DNA of 39,611 nucleotides, from positions 1 through 39,611 of IMG/VR virus record IMGVR_UViG_3300031965_000082; one strand, written 5' to 3'. The notes beneath the pieces are model-generated. The model saw nothing but the letters and a program-made list of their open reading frames with translations. It had not been told where the DNA came from and did not search any database. Of this stretch, positions 18,151 to 25,239 are shown one piece after another (within the stretch, counting starts at the first letter, position 1; every line of letters starts with the position of its first letter). Both the position numbers and the translations under genes were made by a program. Source of the DNA: a virus. Lineage: Duplodnaviria > Caudoviricetes.

Positions 18151-18361
18151 TGTCCGCTACCTCCTCAGCCTTGACGCGGAATGCGCCAGGCAACCAATCA
18201 ATTGAACCGTCGCGCCGCTTGGCGCCGATGCGGGTACCGCGCAAACTATAGCGCCGTCCGAATAGCCGGGCCACTGCCCGCGCTATGGCGACCTCTCGCC
18301 GTCGTGTCTGGTGGCGGCTGGTGCGTGTCACAGTGCCCGCTGTAATAGTAACCTCGATCAC
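18143..18361 (-). CDS. Hypothetical basic protein, 72 aa
   Basis: GTGA overlap with the upstream small gene; Arg-rich. Confidence 0.5.
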   Translation of the reverse strand: MIEVTITAGTVTRTSRHQTRRREVAIARAVARLFGRRYSLRGTRIGAKRRDGSIDWLPGAFRVKAEEVADNA

Positions 18362-18522
18362 GGCGCAGGCCGCTGCAGCGTCGCGCGGATCCGCGCCAGC
18401 CACTCCAGACCGACCGCCTTGCTGTCGCGGCAACGGGGCGGCGACGGGTCGTTCATGTCCCACGTCAGCCCGCAGCGGCGGCAATGCTTCTGGTCGCTAT
18501 ACTGGCGCGCCTCGCAGCTCAC
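18358..18522 (-). CDS. Small Cys-containing, probably zinc-binding protein, 54 aa (not in ORF track)
   Basis: MSCEARQYSDQKHCRRCGLTWDMNDPSPPRC...; GTGA overlaps at both ends. Confidence 0.65.
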   Translation of the reverse strand: MSCEARQYSDQKHCRRCGLTWDMNDPSPPRCRDSKAVGLEWLARIRATLQRPAP

Positions 18523-19037
18523 AGCGGCACCCGCCCAACGTCCCGTCCCTTACGGGCGGTAATGTGCCAGTCCTTTGGTGATGGCTGCGCGGGGGTGAAT
18601 ACCGTTGTGGCGCCCGGCCCGGCCGTCAGAAACCCCCAGCCTTTCTCCAGCCCGTCGGGGAGTACCTGGCGCGGCCCGTGCGCAAACAGCGTCCAGGTGC
18701 CCGGCTGCGCGGCGCTGATCCGGTGAAACTTTGCGCCCTGTATCGCGTTAAACCAGCGCACTTTGCGCCGCTCCGTCAGTACGCCGCCACTCGACCAGGC
18801 GCAGAGATTCGTCACCACGTCCTCGACATAGCCCCCGGCCAGCACCAACGCCAGGCTGTGGCGCCACGGGTGGTTGTGCAGGTGCCTCTCCGGGTCGCTC
18901 GACACAAAGCGGTGTAGGTAGACTGTCCAGCCCAGCACCCGGCCCACATAATAGCGCTCCAGGTAGGGCCCGGACCGAAGATAGATCAGCCGGCACGGCA
19001 ACCCGGCGGTGAGGCGGTACAACAATGCGTTGACCAT
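18519..19037 (-). CDS. Cupin-like protein
   Basis: YLERYY, YLHRF..SD..RHLHNHPW...LVL.GGY.E and FHRI...WTLF form a His/Glu cupin-type metal motif. Confidence 0.65.
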   Translation of the reverse strand: MVNALLYRLTAGLPCRLIYLRSGPYLERYYVGRVLGWTVYLHRFVSSDPERHLHNHPWRHSLALVLAGGYVEDVVTNLCAWSSGGVLTERRKVRWFNAIQGAKFHRISAAQPGTWTLFAHGPRQVLPDGLEKGWGFLTAGPGATTVFTPAQPSPKDWHITARKGRDVGRVPL

Positions 19038-19355
19038 TACGCAACTCCAACTATTGACGCGACGCGGCTATCAACCAGCGCGGCGTATTCGGGATTCAAT
19101 TCGCACAATATGGCGGTGCGGCCATGCTTTACGGCCACACCCGCCGTGGTCCCGCAGCACACGGTGCACCTCGCGGAACACGGCAACCAGCGCCGCGACA
19201 AACTTGCCCGGTGTTGACTCCAGCCCGATCTGTCTGTCATGGCCGTAATTTCTGAGCCCATAATACGGCGGACTGGTGACGCAGCAGTGTACTGACGCCG
19301 CTGGAAGCCCTTTAAGCGACGCGCGGCAATCACCGGTTAGCGTCACTACCGTCAC
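19037..19355 (-). pseudogene. Internally deleted beta-class N4-C/N6-A DNA methyltransferase
   Basis: The N-terminus (GDC...VTSPPYYGLRNYG..QIGLE...FREVHRVLRD) is joined out of frame to the C-terminus (GTT..VA.KHGRTAILCELNPEY). The middle of the enzyme and most of motif I are missing. Confidence 0.85.
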
Positions 19356-19501
19356 AGCATCACCGCCGTCAGCGCCACACCCAGCGAGCACAGCCACACC
19401 ACGCGCGTCACCAACCCGTCATGCAGCCGGTGCTGCGCGGCCTGCACGCGGTACGTTGCGACGTAGCCGCCCATCAAAATCAGTGCCATCAAAGTAGCCA
19501 T
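19352..19501 (-). CDS. Small two-TM protein, 49 aa, holin candidate (not in ORF track)
   Basis: GGAGG RBS; MATLMALILMGGYVATY...VVWLCSLGVALTAVML; overlaps the end of the M23 gene. Confidence 0.55.
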   Translation of the reverse strand: MATLMALILMGGYVATYRVQAAQHRLHDGLVTRVVWLCSLGVALTAVML

Positions 19502-19914
19502 AAAACCTCCCGAGGATCAAAGTTGCGCCCGTCGCGCAGTGTCTCGACGTGGACGTGATTGAGCATGTCCTGGTCGGGGTAGCGGGCGGTGATGTCCTGC
19601 GCCATCGCTATCGGGTCGCCAGCTGTCACGCGCCCGCTGCTGTGTGTCCCGAGGCGCACCGCGTAAAAGAAGCGGTACAGTACGCCGCTGTCACCGTGTA
19701 GGTTGACGATGCGGTAGGAGTGGTCGTCTGGGTCTGGGTAGGCGTAGCCGTACGCGCCCATCTTGCCGCTTTCCGGCGCCAGGATAACCGACCCTTCTGC
19801 CATCGCCAGATCAACGCCTTTGTGGGTCCGGTCGCCGCGTCGCGTGCCGTATTCGCCGTCACCTGCAGGGTCTACGCGGATAGGCGGCCGTACTGTCAGT
19901 GTGTTGTGGGTCAT
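19489..19914 (-). CDS. M23 family metallopeptidase (endolysin candidate)
   Basis: HKGVD (HxxxD) and HVH (HxH) zinc motifs; V.AGDPIA. Confidence 0.85.
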   Translation of the reverse strand: MTHNTLTVRPPIRVDPAGDGEYGTRRGDRTHKGVDLAMAEGSVILAPESGKMGAYGYAYPDPDDHSYRIVNLHGDSGVLYRFFYAVRLGTHSSGRVTAGDPIAMAQDITARYPDQDMLNHVHVETLRDGRNFDPREVLWLL

Positions 19915-20090
19915 GTCCGTGTCCTCTTAACGGCGCTTACCGCGGCGCCAAAATTGCGTATTAACTCGGCCGCCAGCTGCGCTTTGGTGCGCGCCGCAGT
20001 GGCGGCCGGTGAGTCCGGCGCGTTCTGGCGCTGCACGTTGATGTTGCTGCTAACCAACTCTATTGTGGGGGACAGCTTGCGGTCGTTCAT
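19911..20090 (-). CDS. Hypothetical protein, 59 aa
   Basis: GGAG RBS; first ORF after the 20122-20150 promoter; ATGA coupling to the M23 gene. Confidence 0.6.
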   Translation of the reverse strand: MNDRKLSPTIELVSSNINVQRQNAPDSPAATAARTKAQLAAELIRNFGAAVSAVKRTRT

Positions 20091-20121
20091 GTCGTACTCC
20101 GTTTCTCTTGACTGTGGGGCC

Positions 20122-20150
20122 ATAGTAACAGTTACCGCCGTGGCCGTCAA
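20122..20150 (-). promoter_or_regulatory. Sigma70 promoter with overlapping palindromic operator
   Basis: TTGACG-17-TACTAT on the minus strand; GTAACAGTTAC at 20125-20135, the same architecture as 13923-13951. Confidence 0.78.
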
Positions 20151-20154
20151 GTAC

Positions 20155-20319
20155 CTATTTGCCGCGTCCTCCCGGACACTCCCCGCCGCGCTTCTCCACA
20201 GCCGTGCGCAGCCATTCGCGATCAGCCGGCTTAACGTAGACCGTAACGGCCACCAGGCCGCGCTCCCGCCGCCGTGCGCGTAGCCGGGCCATGAGCAGTG
20301 CCTTGCTGCTGCCGCTCAT
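20155..20319 (-). CDS. Small basic protein, 54 aa, ribbon-helix-helix-like (not in ORF track)
   Basis: ATGA coupling; MARLRARRRERGLVAVTVYVKPADREWLR gives a basic helix, alternating beta strand and helix. Confidence 0.6.
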   Translation of the reverse strand: MSGSSKALLMARLRARRRERGLVAVTVYVKPADREWLRTAVEKRGGECPGGRGK

Positions 20320-20624
20320 GCGAATGACTCCAGGGCGACGCGCTGCAGGTCGGCCGGTGCCCGCTTGGCCTGCCGGTCACCTGCGACCAGACCTTGTGCG
20401 ATAACCGGCAGCAGCTCGGAGCGCACCGCGTGGCGCATCACGGCGCGGCGCAGGGCCTCCATGGTTGTAAAGTAGTACTGCACGGTAGGCGCGCTGCACC
20501 CAGCCGCCGCGGCGATCTGTTGGCGCGTCATGCGATTGTACCCGACGTGTGCCGCGACGCGCACCGCCGCCCCCAGTATTTCCGCCCGCCGAACGTCTGG
20601 CGCTTTGCGCGAGTATTTTGTCAT
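20316..20624 (-). CDS. TetR-like HTH protein
   Basis: RRAEILGAA...GY..MT..QIAAAAGCS.PTV.YYF.T...L signature. Confidence 0.82.
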   Translation of the reverse strand: MTKYSRKAPDVRRAEILGAAVRVAAHVGYNRMTRQQIAAAAGCSAPTVQYYFTTMEALRRAVMRHAVRSELLPVIAQGLVAGDRQAKRAPADLQRVALESFA

Positions 20625-21082
20625 AAGTCTACTTCTCCGGTGCTAAAGGTCGCAAAGCCGCCGAGGCGGCGTATCAGTGTAAGCCATGCGAGCTGCGCCC
20701 GCTCGCGTGGCGTGCCGGTGTAGCGCCAGCCGGGCGGCTTACACTCCACGCTGCCAAACTGCGCCAGTGTGGTGCCTACGTCCTGCCGGGTGATGCGCCG
20801 CGGTATCGCCAATATCAGGTCGCTACTCTTGAGTTTATCGTTAACCGCTTTACTCTCGTTAGCAAGCCCGTAACGTACCGGCACACCGCGTTCATCCTTG
20901 AGCGCGCCAACATTATTGCGCCACGCCATGGCGCCGCCCTGCGCGATGCGAAAGCGCGCCCGCTGCTGCGCCCACGCCTCCGACTTGTCTTGAGCGCCGG
21001 GCGGATCCACCACATCGGTAAAGCACTCGACCAGCTCCGCAGCGGCTACCGGGTGCTTGGCGCGCCACTCGTCATAGGTCAC
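20621..21082 (-). CDS. VRR-NUC-like nuclease
   Basis: SE..Q, WRNNVG, YGL, SSDLI, VECK and E.AQ..W...I...GG motifs. Confidence 0.82.
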   Translation of the reverse strand: MTYDEWRAKHPVAAAELVECFTDVVDPPGAQDKSEAWAQQRARFRIAQGGAMAWRNNVGALKDERGVPVRYGLANESKAVNDKLKSSDLILAIPRRITRQDVGTTLAQFGSVECKPPGWRYTGTPRERAQLAWLTLIRRLGGFATFSTGEVDL

Positions 21083-21243
21083 AACACCACCCCCGCCAGC
21101 AGTACCGCCAGGACACACAATGCGGTGCCGGTCTTGCGCCATTTCGCGATGATCAGCACAACGCCTGTAGCGAGACCGAGTGCCGCGAGCGCCATGGCCA
21201 GGGCGGGGCCGTACAGTAAAATCAGGAGTGCCATTTCAGTCAT
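21079..21243 (-). CDS. Small membrane protein, 54 aa (copy 2)
   Basis: GGAG RBS; very hydrophobic with a central KWRK; paralogue of 21894..22058. Confidence 0.75.
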   Translation of the reverse strand: MTEMALLILLYGPALAMALAALGLATGVVLIIAKWRKTGTALCVLAVLLAGVVL

Positions 21244-21446
21244 TGGGGATCTCCATCGTACATTTCCCAAGCCCGACACACTGCAATGAACTGATCAGGG
21301 TCGCCGCCATGGTCTGGGTGCGTTTGCTTGCGCAGTGCCCGGTACGCGGCGCGCACATCATCGGGCCTAGCGGTCGGGGAGACCTGCAGCACCTCATACC
21401 AGGGTCGCTCCGCGGCAATTGGTGGGGACAGATCATGGTGTCGCAC
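21240..21446 (-). pseudogene. DnaJ J-domain, truncated or frameshifted
   Basis: WYEVLQV...AYRAL...HPDHGGD..F..V.RAWE is present, but the RBS-supported ATG at 21436 is in another frame. Confidence 0.65.
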
Positions 21447-21894
21447 TCCAGAGCAGCTTCTGACCATGCAATGCGGCTGCGGTGTCTACGCGCGGTCGCG
21501 ACGGAGTATTCCAGTTGCCGCCGCCACGCTTTCCGACTAATACCCACCCTGCCCCTCTCAAGCTGGCGCCCCCCTCATCCGGCATTGTGTATGTAATGAG
21601 CCGACGATACCCCAGCGCCTTAGCTGCGCGCCAAGAGGCGCTGTAAAGCATGGAGCAGGCGTTACGAGCGCCGTCCGTACAGCATCGGCTAACTTCCAGC
21701 GTCCACCCGTTGTCATTGCCTCGGGCGACTGGGCGCCCGACGATTGCCACGCCGCGCACACCATCCTCGTCGGCCACGGCCACGCAAAATTTCGAGCCTT
21801 GGACAGGCTTGTGGTGACGATGATGCATCCCTACGAAAGCATTCGCCTCCGCAAACGACACAGGAACAATGCAAAGCAAAGATTCATTTCCCAT
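21433..21894 (-). CDS. XF1762-family protein (Mom-like GNAT fold)
   Basis: EANAFV..HHRHH.P, GVAIVGRPVAR, LEV.R.CTDG.RNACSMLY and ITYT...E.GASLR.AGW motifs. Confidence 0.8.
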   Translation of the reverse strand: MGNESLLCIVPVSFAEANAFVGMHHRHHKPVQGSKFCVAVADEDGVRGVAIVGRPVARGNDNGWTLEVSRCCTDGARNACSMLYSASWRAAKALGYRRLITYTMPDEGGASLRGAGWVLVGKRGGGNWNTPSRPRVDTAAALHGQKLLWSATP

Positions 21895-22058
21895 CACACC
21901 ACCACCCCCGCCAGCATCAAGGCCAGCACGCACAGGGCCGCGCCGGTTTTACGCCATCGGGCGATGATCAAAATAATGCCCGTAGCGAGACCGAGTGCCG
22001 CCAACAGCATTGCGAGGGCGGGTCCGTAGATCATTAACAGGATCGCCATTTCAGTCAT
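21894..22058 (-). CDS. Small membrane protein, 54 aa (copy 1)
   Basis: AGGAG RBS; 42/54 aa identical to 21079..21243. Confidence 0.75.
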   Translation of the reverse strand: MTEMAILLMIYGPALAMLLAALGLATGIILIIARWRKTGAALCVLALMLAGVVV

Positions 22059-22530
22059 TGGGGGTCTCCTGGTGGGCGGCGAGTAGTTCGCTACGAACCT
22101 CCATCCATAGTTTGCCGAGCAGGTTTTGCCCATCCCGGTTTGGACCCCAGCCCCACACATCATCGCGCCACGAATCCTCGATAAGAACTCGATCACCGGT
22201 TTCCAGGAGCTTGCGGCGGACGTATTCATGCTGTGATGCTTTTGCCCGGAGAATGTTTTTCATGATCTCGGCCTTAACTTCGTCCCAGTCCGGGCGCCGA
22301 TGGGCCTTGTTTTGTGCGGCAATTTTGTATGCCTCATGGGCAGAGGGGGCGTTTGCGATACTGTGGCGGATATCAGGCCGGTCTGGAAATTTCTCCCAAT
22401 GGTACGCAGCCTCCGATGTATCAAATCGCAGGCCGCCCCAGTAAAGACAAAAGGCGGAGAAATTCGAGAGCACGTAAAACTCTTGCTCGTAGCAAAATAC
22501 CTGCTTGTCGGTGTCAAGTTTATGATTCAT
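22051..22530 (-). CDS. NADAR (YbiA/DUF1768) family protein
   Basis: LSNFS, TSE..Y...KF, R.DWDEVK..IM...L.AK..QH, LLETGD..L.E, D.VWG.G and GQNLLGKL.M.VR motifs; CAGGAG RBS. Confidence 0.92.
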   Translation of the reverse strand: MNHKLDTDKQVFCYEQEFYVLSNFSAFCLYWGGLRFDTSEAAYHWEKFPDRPDIRHSIANAPSAHEAYKIAAQNKAHRRPDWDEVKAEIMKNILRAKASQHEYVRRKLLETGDRVLIEDSWRDDVWGWGPNRDGQNLLGKLWMEVRSELLAAHQETPND

Positions 22531-22608
22531 GGCGCTTCTCCTGGTTGCTGGGCTGGCCTCTATGTCAACGCCCTTGTCGTGTTTCATATCGTTCCCGTCC
22601 CTACTGGT

Positions 22609-22815
22609 CTAGTGTTGAGGCCCAAAGAGCGTAAAGAATTCCGCCGCATCGAGGCACCGCTTACAGACTTTCCGGTCAGGCGCTCCAGTGAGAAAGTCGA
22701 CCAGACTCTGCGGCTTGCGTCCGCACAGCATGCCCACTACGTCGCCCGCCTCGTTGCGCTTGGCAATGTGCGCCAGGGCGCGCGAGCTGGAGAACGACGG
22801 CACTAAGTAGATCAT
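22609..22815 (-). CDS. Hypothetical zinc-binding protein, 68 aa
   Basis: ATGA overlap with the helicase stop; AH...LCGR...VCKRC. Confidence 0.55.
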   Translation of the reverse strand: MIYLVPSFSSSRALAHIAKRNEAGDVVGMLCGRKPQSLVDFLTGAPDRKVCKRCLDAAEFFTLFGPQH

Positions 22816-24473
22816 GCCGACGCGGTGTTGATGTCGCATATAAAACGCTCCCGTATCCGGTTAATGAGTTGATCCGTGTCGCCCTCGTTGAGCGTTAGCG
22901 CGGTGGCCATGTCGACGCCAAAGCGATGGTAAAAGCGGCGGTAAATCTCTGCCTGCGTCCGGTCCGTCTGGAAGCCGCACCACCAGGCTATCAGTTCCCG
23001 CAACACACGGCGGCGGTACTTGGCAGCGCGGTGTCGCCTCAAGTCCGGGCCACGGCCAATAGTCGGGATATTGCGCGCTATCTGTGTGGCAGTGTAGTCG
23101 TCATCCGGCAAGTCCGCCCTCCGGATCTGCTCCAGTAGCGCCGCCATGCCGTCAACGTCCAGCTCGGTTAGGTCTCCGTCAACCTGGCGCGGCGTGCTAC
23201 GCCCGACCGGCTGCGGCACCTCCCCGCAGTAAGGGCATTGCGGGTAAAACGCTTCGTACGGTTGCGTACAGCCGGTACACACGCGCTGCGGCACGGTGTC
23301 GGCGGCGCTGCTGCGGCCGGTGCGCTCCCGCCGGTCCAGCGTCCAGTTACGCGGCCAATTCGGCATGCCGTGCCGCTCCCAGTTGCGCACCGGATCGATA
23401 ATCAGCGCCTCTAACTTGCCCTCCAGGATGCGCAGCGCCCGGCCCACCATCTGCAGGAATTTGGCCAACGACTCTGTCACGCGGGCCAGTATCGCAACCT
23501 CTACCGCCGGCACGTCAAATCCCTCGTCGAACAGATCCACGTTGATCAGCGCCAGCAGTTTGCCTTGCTCAAAGTCTCGCAGCACGCGGGCCCGCTCCGC
23601 CAGTGGGGTTTTTCCCGACAGCGCGGCGCTCGGTACGCTTGCCGCCCGGAACGCCACCGCCGTGTCCTCGGCCGTCTCCACGTCGTTAGCGAACACGATG
23701 GCACGCTTGCCGGCCGCGTGCTGCAGGTAGTGTGCCACCACGTTGCCGACGAAGTGCGATTGCGTGATGCGCTTACGCATTTCACGGGTATTGATGTCGC
23801 CCGATGCTGTCAGCGGAATGTTGGACACGTCTAGGTCAGAGGCGGGGGCGATGTAACGGAATTTGGACAGATAGCCCCGGTCGATCAGCTCTTTGGTCGT
23901 CGGCCCCAGCACCATAGCGTCTATAAAGCCGTCCGCGTGCCGCCCCAAACCCTTGCCGTCAGCCCGCTCAGGCGTCGCCGTGACGTGTAGTTGTTTGGCG
24001 TGATCGAACAGGTGGCACGCGCGGCCCCACTGGCCGCCGTCAACATAATGATGACCCTCGTCGAATATCGCCAGCGTGGTCTGCTTTATGCACCGCTGCA
24101 GCGCCGCGTCACGCTCCGCGCTGCGGCTGGTCAACGTTTGCACCGACACCACGCTGTTGGCGGCGTTGGGGTCAATGTAGGAGCGCCCCAGCACGTCCAA
24201 GTGCTCCCGCCGGATCAGTCGTACCGTCTCCACCGGCCCGACGATACGATGCACTACCTCCAGCCGCGCCATCGCCAGGCTGATCTGCGCGACAATTTCC
24301 CGGCGGTGTACGATAGCCGACACCGCTCCGACGTGGTCGTGTGCTACTTTGCTAAACACGACTGTCTTGCCGCCGCCAGTAGGCAACACCCCCAGCACGG
24401 CCTGCGCACCAGCGTCCCAAGCGGCGTAAATGTCGCTGGCGAACTGCTGCTGGTAGTCGCGGAGTTGGATCAT
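22812..24473 (-). CDS. SF2 DEAD/DEAH-like helicase (RadD/YejH-like) with C-terminal zinc ribbon
   Basis: LRDYQ, PTGGGKT, DEGHH, TATPER, EGFDVP, QMVGR.LR and CxxC..CPxC motifs. Confidence 0.92.
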   Translation of the reverse strand: MIQLRDYQQQFASDIYAAWDAGAQAVLGVLPTGGGKTVVFSKVAHDHVGAVSAIVHRREIVAQISLAMARLEVVHRIVGPVETVRLIRREHLDVLGRSYIDPNAANSVVSVQTLTSRSAERDAALQRCIKQTTLAIFDEGHHYVDGGQWGRACHLFDHAKQLHVTATPERADGKGLGRHADGFIDAMVLGPTTKELIDRGYLSKFRYIAPASDLDVSNIPLTASGDINTREMRKRITQSHFVGNVVAHYLQHAAGKRAIVFANDVETAEDTAVAFRAASVPSAALSGKTPLAERARVLRDFEQGKLLALINVDLFDEGFDVPAVEVAILARVTESLAKFLQMVGRALRILEGKLEALIIDPVRNWERHGMPNWPRNWTLDRRERTGRSSAADTVPQRVCTGCTQPYEAFYPQCPYCGEVPQPVGRSTPRQVDGDLTELDVDGMAALLEQIRRADLPDDDYTATQIARNIPTIGRGPDLRRHRAAKYRRRVLRELIAWWCGFQTDRTQAEIYRRFYHRFGVDMATALTLNEGDTDQLINRIRERFICDINTASA

Positions 24474-24490
24474 AATTGCTGTTGTCCCTG

Positions 24491-24531
24491 TTGACAGCAA
24501 ACAATTTAGCGGCTATTGTCCTTCATGTCAA
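24491..24531. promoter_or_regulatory. Overlapping divergent sigma70 promoters
   Basis: + strand: TTGACA(24491)-17-TATTGT. - strand: TTGACA(24531)-17-TAAATT. Confidence 0.75.
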
Positions 24532-24550
24532 CAAACAGGAGCAGAGAATT

Positions 24551-25237
24551 ATGTCGACAATCACAGTATCCTTCCCCGCCGGGGACCAGCGCGCCGCTGC
24601 GTGTTTTGCGCAAGCACTTTGGGACTACAGTGGCGAGAACACCGGCCAACAGCCGGACACGCCGGTTGATAACGACACGGACGAGCGGGATCTCTCGTCC
24701 CCGGCCCCCGGCACACCACCGCAGACCGACGCCAGCATGTATAGCGACATCGCGTCGGAAGTGAGCCGGGAGACCGCAGGCGGCAAAGTGGACACCAAAG
24801 GCGTGCCGTTTAACGAGGAATACTGCAGCACCGCGACGGAGCCGTTCCAAAAGACCGGCGCGCAGGCAGGGCAGTGGAAAAAACGGCGCGGTGTCGACCA
24901 AGCCGCCTACGACAGCTGGTACGCCAAAGCGCTGTTGGCGGTGTCCGACGGCATGCCGACCATTGAGCCCGCCACCCCCAACACCGCGGCGGCATTCGGT
25001 GGCGCACCGCCCCCGCCCGACATGGCTGACGCGCCCCGCTTTAGCGAGTTTGGCCCGTTCATCGCATGGGTGGCTGAACAGCAGGGCGCCGACCGCTTGA
25101 CGCAGGCTGACGTTGACGAGGCATACAAGGTGGTGGGCGTCACCATGGCGGATCTATTTCCGCCCAACACTCCCGAGCAAATTGCCGACCGCTTCGACAA
25201 GCTGGCGGTTTTCCTCGAAGCCAAAGCGAGCAAGTAG
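24551..25237 (+). CDS. Hypothetical acidic, Pro-rich replication-module protein
   Basis: CAGGAG RBS, ATG at 24551; D.KGVPF...GQWKKRRGVD; precedes the DUF2800 gene. Confidence 0.7.
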   Translation: MSTITVSFPAGDQRAAACFAQALWDYSGENTGQQPDTPVDNDTDERDLSSPAPGTPPQTDASMYSDIASEVSRETAGGKVDTKGVPFNEEYCSTATEPFQKTGAQAGQWKKRRGVDQAAYDSWYAKALLAVSDGMPTIEPATPNTAAAFGGAPPPPDMADAPRFSEFGPFIAWVAEQQGADRLTQADVDEAYKVVGVTMADLFPPNTPEQIADRFDKLAVFLEAKASK

Positions 25238-25239
25238 CG

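Noticed and set aside
22531-22587. 19-aa N-terminal extension of NADAR, and a TTGACA at 22563-22568 as a promoter
   Set aside because: The better RBS precedes ATG 22530, and no -10 lies at a suitable spacing.
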